Under the pieces are notes generated by a model. That model was not told the origin of the DNA. It saw only the letters and a program-made list of their open reading frames with translations, and did not search any database. A stretch of DNA of 63,977 nt, counting the filler, from Folioceros fuciformis (lineage: Eukaryota), in NCBI GenBank assembly GCA_049999805.1. It is 18 parts of 18 records of this genome, joined end to end, with 100 filler letters (N's around TTAATTAATTAA, not from the genome) between each part and the next. Parts side by side here need not be neighbours in the genome. Positions count along the whole stretch, not along the records: positions 54,059 to 55,808 come from JBNGIO010002194.1; positions 55,909 to 63,977 come from JBNGIO010002196.1; 16 more parts are not named here. One strand, 5' to 3'. A program made the position numbers and the translations under genes. Positions within the stretch are counted from its first letter, which is position 1; the number at the start of each line of letters is the position of its first letter. Below are positions 53,959 through 63,977 of the stretch, piece after piece.

Positions 53959-54592
53959 NNNNNNNNNNNNNNNNNNNNNNNNNNNNNNNNNNNNNNNNNN
54001 NNTTAATTAATTAANNNNNNNNNNNNNNNNNNNNNNNNNNNNNNNNNNNNNNNNNNNNATCTTATGATTTTAATGAGTTTAAATAAGACATATATTTACA
54101 ACTTATTATCTATCTAATCTAACTAACTAACATCCTAACTCTCTCACTTGGTTTCTATTATGCATCTACAAGACTGCGACAATGCAATACCAATAGCAAA
54201 CTTTGATCATGCAAAGCCTACCTACTACAAAATGATAATCACAATTTACTCATCACTTATGTGAATTGAAGAACATGTATCTTGGGAAAGGAGACACACT
54301 TTTGATTTCAAGCGATTTATGTCATGTCCACAATGCTGGACTCACTAAGACCCAGGAGGAAATCTACAGCCAGGTCTTTCTGTTCAAGCACAGAGATACC
54401 AGGTATCCAGAGCTTGGTATGGAAACTTGCTCACATTTCTGGGAGTGATGAGATAGAACCTTACATATCGTGCCATCTTATCAAGAACTTGTTGGACGAT
54501 GCACTGATCATGTTGAGGTTAGTTGGCTACATACATTAATCGTACTTCGAATTCCGCTTGACATGAAGTTTTAGATCCTTGCAAGACCCACA

Positions 54593-54924
54593 TTGCGAAA
54601 TTGCAGAACCTTGAGCTTCGTCACCAGGGATCTGTTAGAAGTACCTGAATATGAACTTGAAACAAAACTCTCACCTGTAAGAAACTGCGATTGGGTGCAT
54701 AGCTTGAAGGGCAGTGGATGGCTTTTTTCTCATCAGCACATCAAAGGCTTCTTAAAACTTGTTTTGAGATGGTTAAGTGTTGCTCAAATTTAGGAGATCT
54801 TTAAAGCGTTACAATGGCATATGAAAACGTTGGATAACATGGACAATACTATAGCTGAGAACAAATGTTTTTCAGAAATGGACTTGGCGCATTCCTCGTG
54901 GCGAATATGTTGTCTCTCTGTAGT

Positions 54925-54969
<45 letters not shown>

Positions 54970-55808
54970 TTTTTGGTTTAGGGTTGTGGTTTAAGTAAGT
55001 AAGTATGTCTCTCTATTTAGACAGTTTTTGTGGTGTTGATTTATGGAATTAATGTTTGTTTGTAGACGTACAAGAACATGCTGCATGACATAATGAATTT
55101 TGGTAAAAGTCAAGCTCCAGGATTATACATCTTTCAATATTGTTTCGAAAAGGTATTTTCCTATTTTCTTATTTTCTTGCCACTTTTTTTTAACTTCAAA
55201 GATGATATGAGATTGATGTTTATCAATTTCTCTTGTACCAATATGATGCCAGTGTTTGCACTAAGCATTACATTGCAGCTAAGGTTTTTAGCTCGAAAGA
55301 GACTCATTCTTACACTGGAAGAAGAGAACTCCATAGAGACTTACAGAGAAGAAGTGTATAAACGTGAACAAAAGGTAAATTAGAAGATGAAAAAAAAAGG
55401 TAAAAAAGTACTACAAATGTAGAATTAACATACAAATTTGCTGAATCAGGCCATCAAGGAGCACACAGCTTTGTTCCAGCAATTAGAGCGAGAACGAGCA
55501 GAAAGAGGAAGAAAATTGGCTCAATTTCAAGCTGATGAGCGTCAAGCCTATCGTAATGCTTATGTGCCTCACCTTTGAGGTGTTTTGTTTATTGGTAAAT
55601 TGAGCTCAAATCATCTTAGCATTTCTAGAATTAGGATGACAAGTTTTTTCTAGTCTTCAAACAAGCGATGATTATCGTGGTGATTTTTCTGAAATTTTTG
55701 GCAACAAATGGAAGATGATTTTTTTTAATATTGTGATCTTGATTTTCTTACAGAGGCAATCGAAGATGCTAAGGCCTACTCTTTGGCAATGGAGTTGCAG
55801 CTGTACAC
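54593..55808 (+). pseudogene. Spliced gene remnant of unknown function with coiled-coil exons
   Basis: Candidate GT-AG exons ~55066-55152, 55279-55374, 55450-55579 and 55754->55808, separated by AT-rich introns; premature stops; T39 run at 54928-54966 in the first intron. Confidence 0.35.
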
Positions 55809-55908
55809 NNNNNNNNNNNNNNNNNNNNNNNNNNNNNNNNNNNNNNNNNNNNTTAATTAATTAANNNNNNNNNNNNNNNNNNNNNNNNNNNNNNNNNNNN
55901 NNNNNNNN

Positions 55909-57885
55909 CTTTGACCACAGAGAGGAGTTCTGCCTCATAAACCCCGTAGTATGTTTCTAAACCAAAAGATAATTGATGGACAATATCCCTTTTGAAGTAG
56001 AAAACAGCCGCGCCCCCGGCATGACCATCCAGAAGAGAACCATCAATGTAAATGGCAAGGGCATCAGGAGTCAAAAGATGTAGGGAATGTAAGGCAATAG
56101 CAAAAGTGGGAGATTGTAAAATTACGATGGTTGTGGCTAAAGAAAGAGGAGAGGCCCAGGGAGGCACGAGTCGAGGAAAAATAGTCTCAATGGCAGTGGA
56201 GGTGGGCAATCCTAAAGCAGAGTACAGAGTACTAGGGGAAAGGAGTGTGAGGCGACTGCGGATAGCATTGTGGTAGCGTTTTTTGTAGTTAGTCGTAGGA
56301 AGAAAGACTTGATGGATGGGGTGAGAGGGAGGGCAGGAGACTTTGCGGAGGAGAGAACGGAGAGAATGGCGTTGAAGGCGGAACTCCATGGGCAGAAGAA
56401 AAGCTTCAAATTCCAGGGCATCAGGGGAGGTAGTTTGGAACGCACCAGTAATGGCCCTACAAGCTAGACGTTGGAGGTGTTGAATGTGTGTACGACCTCT
56501 GTTGAACCAAACATTGCAGCCGTAATCGAGCTTGGGCAGGACAACACTAATGTATAATTGTCGAAGAAGCTTGGCATTAAGGCCCCAAACTGAATTCCCA
56601 AGAGAGATTATAGCTGACAAAGTACGCATTGTGGAAACCGAAACCTGATGAACATGCATGTTCCAAGTTAACTTGGAATCCAAATAGAAGCCCAAAAACC
56701 TAATACACTCGGAGGGAGTGATAAAGGGAACCATCGGGTAACGAAAGAGTACATTCCTTTGTTGATTCCTTACGCTTCAGGGAAAAATGAATAAGTTCAA
56801 ACTTGTTAGAATTGAAGTCCACGAGGTGCATGGAGGCCCACTCCGATGCCACACGAAGCATAGCCTGAAGTTTTTTTGTAGACTTTTTGCATGAAGGAGC
56901 AGTGACATATGCCCCCGTATCATCAATCCAGCCAGTGCCACCACTCATGGTTTGAAGTTGAGTGATGAGATCAGAAGTGAAGAATAGGAAAAGAATAGGC
57001 GAGATTGGCGAACCCTAAGGTAACCCAGAACTGATGGGAGCAAGAGTGTCATATAGACCATCCAAGCAAAGTGACATCGCCCGCTGAGACAGAAAGTGGA
57101 AGACCCAATGGATCAACGGAGTTGGAAGGCCTTTCCTACACAGGACAAATAAGAGAATCTGATGGTTAACTGAGTTATATGCACCTTTGATATCCATGAG
57201 GAGTAGGGAGAGAACATGTCGTTGACCCCAAGCCCTACGGATATCCTAAACAAGGAGAGTTGTTGCATCGCTTGTACTCCGACCCGGCCGACCCCCCCAA
57301 ATGACCGGAGGGAAGGAGACCATGATTGTTCTCAACCAAGAAGAAGAGACGTGAAGCCATAAAACCCTTCAACGTCTTGCCTAAGCAATCAAGAAGAGCA
57401 ATAGGGCGATATGAGCGGGGTAACGAATAATTAGCCCGATTCAGTTTGCAGAGAATGATGGTGAGCGAGTGACGCCACGTCAAAGGATGATAACCCAAAG
57501 TGGGGCACGCCTGGAAAATATATAAGTAAAATTGTTTGAGGAGGTCCCAACCCCTCTGAAGAAAACCTGCAGCAATAGTGTCCGGGCCTGCCGCTTTCCA
57601 GGCCTTCGCACCAAAGAGAGCCTGCTACACCTCGTGCAAAGCAGGGGTGGGCCATGGGAAATGGGAAGCAGCGGACGGGGGAAGAGGAGGGGTGTTTGAA
57701 GAAGAGGGGAATAAAGCAGAACGGAGGGCTGCACACTTGGCAGCATGAGAGTAAGCAAGTGACCTGTCTCCAGAGACTAAAGGAGGAGTGAAAGACGAGG
57801 AAGCAGGTTTAGTGGAGCGATAAATCTTCCAAATATCCGAGTCACTAGCTTCCATCAAAAATTTCTTCCTCCTTCTTCTTGGCAA
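55909..57885 (-). mobile_element. 5'-truncated degenerate LINE ORF2 (RT plus RNase H), Tad1/I-group-like
   Basis: YRPIALLDCLGK, LLMDIKGAYNSVNH, GLP*GSPISPILFLFF, GWIDD, RFLGFYLDSKLTW, RNase H IYIDGS...VYEAEL; frameshifts and stops. Confidence 0.88.
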
Positions 57886-58069
57886 CTTTCGTACTCATAT
57901 AAGTATACCAATTAAGTATACCATTAATTGGTATACTAATTAATTAATTAATTATACATATCGTAATTCACACGTTCCAGAGCCAATTATAGGCCAGGTG
58001 TATTGCCAATATGGAAGATTGTACCGCGGAAATTGGCCATTCGATTCCTTCATGCTATGAGCATGCCCT

Positions 58070-58077
58070 AAACCCTA
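58070..58077 (+). promoter_or_regulatory. Telo-box AAACCCTA upstream of a ribosomal protein gene
   Basis: About 110 bp upstream of the RPL36A ATG; telo-boxes are typical of plant translation-gene promoters. Confidence 0.55.
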
Positions 58078-58184
58078 GCCTCAGTTAGTAATCTAAAGTG
58101 TAAAAGCGTTAAAACGTGGAACTCGGTAGTGAAGTCCTCAGAACTTTTTCGGCCAAGCCTGAGAGAAACATACGGTTGGCAGCC

Positions 58185-58833
<649 letters not shown>

Positions 58834-59680
58834 GAGCCATGATCATACTTGGTTTCATACCCGGCGGCCTCTGTTTGACAGACTTGGAGCTTAGCCTCTG
58901 TTGGGCCTCTAGTTTAGCCATTCATGTTAGCAGACAGGAGCCCGCGATTCGAGTGTAGTCGTTCACTTACGTGTGAAGTTTGAAACTGTAAACGGCGTTT
59001 GTTTGATTGTGGGAGTTCTGCTCTGAGATAGCTCCTGTAAAATTCGATTGAATCCCCATCAAAAATTCTGTTTACCATCTTGTAGAGGGGCCTCCAGTTG
59101 CGATCTTAGAATTGTCACGGTTCCAGTTTGTAGATCCACGACAATTTCACAGGGACGGGCAAATCTTGCCATCTGGTTTAGATGCGCTTGAGTGGCAATC
59201 ACGGCACTGTGGCTAACTTGAATGTTGCTGGTATTAAAGGAAGGTGCGTCGGCCATCCTGGCAACTGACACCTCATTTTCGGCACAGAGGAGGTTCACTT
59301 GTTGTAGCAATGCAAGTGACAGCAAGCCAGGAGCAAGCAACTGCCTTCACGGAAGGAACCAGGATTGGGAATCAACCTGAAGCAATTGCGACAGGTTCTC
59401 AATCATACGCGGCAGATATCAACTTCCGCGAACTTTCAGCCGAGAAGTGAAGAGGATCAAAACGTTGCACGCTCGAGCCACCTAAAGTAGCTGGCCCTAG
59501 ATCTAAACAGTTCTCTTCCATGAGAGGGGAGACCGATAGCTCCTTAGACCGGTTCTACGGTGTCCTGATATCTAAAGAGAAGAAGAGTACATACTTCCAA
59601 GAGCCTACAAGTCATAATCAAACCGTTTCCAAGAATGGAAAACCCACCTTGGCATTGCCAGGCAAGGAATGTGGCTTTTG

Positions 59681-60610
59681 TCACTCAGACCTAGCAGCAA
59701 ACCGCTCCACCTTCTTGTCCGAAAGGTTAATTCCCACCATGGCCTCTCCCAAACCTGCGCTCACTTCAGCCAAGACGACGGGGTCGTTGAAGTGTGCCAC
59801 CGCCTGCACGATAGCCCGGGCTCGCTTGGCAGGGTCCCCGCTCTTAAATATGCCAGAGCCCACGAAGACGCCATCGCAACCGAGCTGCATCATGAGAGCA
59901 GCGTCCGCGGGAGTAGCCACCCCGCCTGCAGCGAAGTTAACAACAGGTAGCCTCCCGAGCTGCTTCGTCTGGCGCACCAGCTCATACGGCGCCTGGATGC
60001 TCTTGGAAAATGCAAACACCTCGTCATCCTCCATGCTCTGCAGCCTCCTGATGGACCCGAGCACCGACCTCGAGTGCCTGACAGCCTCGATGATGTTCCC
60101 GGTACCCGCCTCGCCCTTGGTGCGGATCATGGCGGCGCCCTCGGTGATCCGACGCAACGCCTCCCCCAAATCGCGGCATCCGCACACGAACGGCACGCGG
60201 AAATTGTGCTTGTTGATATGGTTCTGGTCGTCCGCAGGGGTGAGCACCTCGCTCTCATCCACATAATCCACTCCCAGCGCCTCCAGAATCTGCGCCTCCA
60301 CAAAGTGCCCGATCCTGGCCTTAGCCATGACCGGGATGGTGACGGCGGCCTTAATCTCCTTTATCAGCTGCGGGTCGCTCATTCTCGCCACCCCGCCCTC
60401 CGCCCGGATGTCCGCCGGCACCCGCTCCAGGGCCATGACCGCAGCGGCCCCGGCCTCCTCCGCAATTCGTGCCTGCGCCGCGTCCACCACGTCCATGATC
60501 ACGCCGCCCCGCAGCATCTGCGCCAGGCCCACCTTGACGGCGTACGACGATTTCTTGCTGTCCGTAATGACGCCATTGCCGTAGAGCGCCACCACGCCGT
60601 TGTTGGCCAT
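59681..60610 (-). CDS. PDX1: Pyridoxal 5'-phosphate synthase subunit PDX1 (catalytic type), intronless, 309 aa
   Basis: [13 protein letters not shown]...[40 protein letters not shown]; the catalytic Asp and both Lys are present. Confidence 0.98.
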   Translation of the reverse strand: MANNGVVALYGNGVITDSKKSSYAVKVGLAQMLRGGVIMDVVDAAQARIAEEAGAAAVMALERVPADIRAEGGVARMSDPQLIKEIKAAVTIPVMAKARIGHFVEAQILEALGVDYVDESEVLTPADDQNHINKHNFRVPFVCGCRDLGEALRRITEGAAMIRTKGEAGTGNIIEAVRHSRSVLGSIRRLQSMEDDEVFAFSKSIQAPYELVRQTKQLGRLPVVNFAAGGVATPADAALMMQLGCDGVFVGSGIFKSGDPAKRARAIVQAVAHFNDPVVLAEVSAGLGEAMVGINLSDKKVERFAARSE

Positions 60611-62119
60611 GCCCGCCCGCCGAATTTGGCGCACCCGCAGCGGCAGATCCCGGCAGTCCCACCAGACCAAGACAGCGGCGGGGAGGGGAGGGGAGGGGCG
60701 GGGCGGGGAAGAGCAGCGCAGAGAAGAGGAGCAGAATTGATACGGCGACTGCGGAGCCTGGTCCGCGTTGGTGAGCAGAGCAGGGAGTGCGGCAACCACA
60801 CACACACGCAGAGCTTGTCACCAGTGATGCGGATCAGCAGACTCAGAAACCCGAAAGCTCAGCCAGAGGGAATATAAGGAGCAGATGATCGCAGCACAAA
60901 GCGCAAAAATCACAGTAGAAGTCCGTGACGTGGCCGATGCTATCCTCGCCGGACGTTGCGTCTTCCTCAAGCTTCTGTCACGTACTGCTTGCTTTCTCGT
61001 GAACCTGACCCTTCCTCCCTCCCTCCCTCTAGGGCTTTCTAGCATCTGCGTCGCTCACCGCGGCCTCTCCAGACCCTCCTACTACCCTAAACATATTTTA
61101 CACATTACGCGCGTGCCGCCTGCGGGCCGTTCCGTTCTTTCGTCGTCAATTACTGACGTTCTTTTTTTTTTTTTAATTTTTATAGTTTTCCGTCCACAAA
61201 CGACAACATCAAGATAGTTTAGTACCTTGAATACTTTCACCACAAAAGAAAAGAGAGGGATCACACTAAACTAATTTCATGCTTTCAACAATGCATTCAT
61301 TCATTTGCAGAAAAACAGTACTTTGAGCGCTTCTTGGGCAATGCTCAGTACCAAATAAAAATGGGATTCCTATTTCTATAGTGAAGGTGATTTATATCTA
61401 GTCTAACACTTGGCTAGAAGAATTGTTTTTCAATAAGCACATATGTGTAATGCTAACCAAAGTACACTACCATACTTCATGACCAATGTGTCCTTCTAAA
61501 TGCATCAAGGATCATCTTGTTTTACAAATGCCTCACAGCATATAGTGATTAGAGAACTCTGCGAATACAAATACAGTTATACCAAACATGAAAAGAGCTC
61601 GTCTAGCACCAGTCTCTATCAAAATCTAACAAGTTTTGTTTGTACGAAGGACCACGATCATATCACTTTTCCTCGATTGAGAAGCCGTCCAAGTTTCCCC
61701 CTATTCGCAGGCTATCCAAGTTGAAAAGTGAGATCCTATATTGTCCTATGTTGTACAAGAAAGTCAAATGTCGTGTCGGGGAATCTAATGGTGAAAGTCA
61801 AATATGGTATCATGTCCAGGACTCTAATGGTATGTTATTGTGAAAAGTAAGTTTTGTACGGTGTCTGGTGAGTCACAGTAAAAGATCTTTGGATGGTGTC
61901 TGGTCTGATCAGTCACAATAAAAGATGTCTGCTCTGGTCAGTTAAGACAATAAGTTCTGCTCTGGTCAGTTAAGACAATAAGTTTTGGGTGTAAGCCTGG
62001 CAATAAGTTTTGCGCGAAAGATCTTTGGGTGTAAGCCCATCATGGTCTTGGAGGGACGTGTTGAAGTTTAAGCTGGTCTCAAAACTTCAAGACAAATGGA
62101 AGAAAGAATTCTAAGAGGA

Positions 62120-62191
62120 GGGGCATTGCGAGAATCGAACTCACGACCTCTCGCACCCGAAGCGAGAATCATACCACTAGACCAAATGCCC
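62120..62191 (-). tRNA. trnP: tRNA-Pro (CGG), nuclear
   Basis: GGGCATTTGGTCTAGTGGTATGATTCTCGCTTCGGGTGCGAGAGGTCGTGAGTTCGATTCTCGCAATGCCCC: full cloverleaf, anticodon CGG, A and B boxes. Confidence 0.95.
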
Positions 62192-62685
62192 GCTTTCTTC
62201 CACTTATGATAATTAAAAACTATTTCCATAAATCTTAGAAAAAAATATAACTTAGTTATATTTCTGTAAATATAGAACTATATTGAGTTATATAGAATAA
62301 ATAATTTGAAGTTATATTTCTGTAAATAGAAAAAACGGATGACAAAGCCAAGGTGTTCCTACAACTGCGTTCAGTAAGTGGAAAGCATGGCAGGCTCTTG
62401 AGGAGGAGAAAGCTGAAGTCTGGCTGCTGGGGCATGGAGTTTTCTTGTTAGCACTGGCTGTGCTTATGGTGCTCAAGTCTCACTTGTCCATAACCTGGGG
62501 GCCTGGACAGGACAGCGGGGATGAGAAGAAGCCACATGCAACTATGAAATGTAGCACAAGACGCGTGGACGGGGAGCCGTGCCTTTCCTCTTCCGACTCC
62601 CCCCACACAGCACGTACAAATGGAGCGGGAGGGAACCATCGTTCAGGACATGTGCTGCTACTAGGTACATGTACACACGCTTCAC

Positions 62686-63670
62686 ATGATGGCCGCCAGT
62701 AAACCAAATGTCGCTGTCTTGGTTGTGGCCCTGCTGGGCCTTGTCGCTCTGGCTACGCTGCCGAGCGTGAGAGCAGACGGTGCACGGTGCACCGGGGCGG
62801 GAGACTCGCTCGGCCTTCTCAAGACCTGGATCCACCACGCCCTCAAGCCCCTGCGCCTCTCGCCTTTCTCGGATTGCGACCAAAATTTCCGTGCGCTCTG
62901 CATCCCCGCCACCGCGCAGCTGCTGGAGAATCACGAGGGCCGCCACAAATGCGTCTACGAGGACATCGACGGCCACTTCCGCGTCGGCGTCGGATACCGC
63001 CTCGACAGCGAGCGGGATACTCGCAGGAAGGAGCTCGGTGCGCTGCTCGCGGACTACCAGAAGGTCGGGCCGGGAATTCCATTTCAATTCATCCGTTTGG
63101 TTGTGCGTCCGCAGCCGGATCCTCTTGCGAAGCTTTGAGATTGAAATGTTGTCTTTCTTTGTCGGCTCGCCGTGCTTGTGCTGCAGGTCCTGGCAGGAGA
63201 GACCTGTCTGAACGACTTCCAGATCAACGCCTTGCTGGCGCTGGACGCGAAGCGCGTTCTTGATCAGGCCGCGGACGAGGTGCAGGCCCTTGACCAGTTC
63301 TGCTGTGATGTCGCGGCCGTTTTCGGGGACATCGTGCATTCAGCTGGTACGTACCTCAACCTTCTTCACGTGCGTGCTCCTTGCCGGCTCATTCGAGACG
63401 AGAGCAATCAGGCGAGGCGGGAGCGTTTCTTACGATGCGCTGCTCACGGTATGATTCCATGTCATCGTGGCAGGGCGGAAAGCGCTCGACGGCAGAGATT
63501 TCCAGAGCTTCATCGAGAAGGCAAGTGCTAAGCGGTGGGAGGATGCTGCCGAGGAGCTCAAAGACACCAGCTGGTGTGACAAGCACAGGAATCGTTGCCA
63601 GGACAACATCGAAATCGTTAGGAAAGGCTGTGGTTCATCGTCCACTTTCAGCTTCGGGCGTAGCGATTAA
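62686..63670 (+). CDS. Secreted T4/phage-type (GH24-like) lysozyme homologue, 3 exons, 244 aa
   Basis: Exons 62686-63063, 63187-63346, 63474-63670 splice in frame; signal peptide (VLVVALLGLVALA...VRA-D); HEGRHKCVYEDIDGHFRVGVG aligns with T4L [21 protein letters not shown]; C-terminal AKRWEDAAEELKDTSWC resembles T4L QKRWDEAAVNLAKSRW. Confidence 0.82.
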
Positions 63671-63977
63671 ATAAATTTTAGATACAATGTGTAAATGTGT
63701 TGGAGTCATCCTAGTTTGTCATTAAGCTGGTGAAAACTAGATGTAGTGACAAAGACAAGCCCGTGCCGTGTTTCGATACTCCGAGAAGCGAGAAATGGAA
63801 ATAATCTGGATTTGATATTAAACCTGCTGTGCGCAACGTTGTCATGTCATGTCATGTCTACCCAGACCGGTACCGGTACACCACCATGCCACCGGCTCCA
63901 TTTCACGAAACGAAATCACCGGAATGGAAAAATACAAAGTGGATGGTGAAGTAATAGGGTGCCAAGGTGCTCGAGAA

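Noticed and set aside
3716-55908. Regularly recurring TTAATTAATTAA palindrome as a biological repeat or CRISPR-like array
   Set aside because: Always centred in 44+44 Ns; it is a six-frame-stop concatenation linker. ORFs ending in X...LIN are artefacts, and cross-contig neighbourhoods are not real.
57936-57954. TAAT repeat resembling the linker core
   Set aside because: No flanking Ns; a simple AT-rich microsatellite at the LINE boundary.
60611-60805. 65-aa N-terminal extension of PDX1
   Set aside because: Non-ATG start in a GC-rich 5' region; the conserved PDX1 N-terminus begins at ATG 60610.
59520-60877. Long plus-strand ORFs (248 and 267 aa) antisense to PDX1
   Set aside because: Shadow ORFs expected from the high GC content of PDX1 codons.
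62120-63670. Prophage-like integration of the lysozyme at the tRNA-Pro gene
   Set aside because: No att duplication, integrase or other phage genes; the gene has spliceosomal introns and a signal peptide.

Overview
This window is not one continuous locus. It is 18 short contigs of a land-plant nuclear genome joined by 17 identical 100-bp artificial linkers (N44-TTAATTAATTAA-N44), so adjacency is only meaningful within a contig. Compact GT-AG introns of mostly 80-270 bp suggest a non-seed plant such as a bryophyte or lycophyte (inference). Most contigs are decayed Ty1/copia and Ty3/gypsy fragments and LTRs. Host genes are a PRH/HAT3.1-type PHD-homeodomain factor (8 exons), NDUFA13/GRIM-19 (partial), a plastid RsmB-type rRNA m5C methyltransferase, a partial RGG-rich organelle-targeted protein, RPL36A/eL42, PDX1 and tRNA-Pro(CGG). 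The top candidate is an intact, 3-exon, secreted, 10-Cys T4-phage-type (GH24) lysozyme gene on the same contig as PDX1 and RPL36A, with Glu/Asp retained and Thr replaced by Arg in the catalytic loop. Other unusual items are a fungal Tad1-like LINE with RNase H, a divergent HECT ligase pseudogene fused to a copia RT and broken only by TAG stops, an RPA-like OB/zinc-finger remnant, and extra ORFs downstream of tRNA-Met primer-binding sites. All family assignments come from motif recognition; no searches were run.
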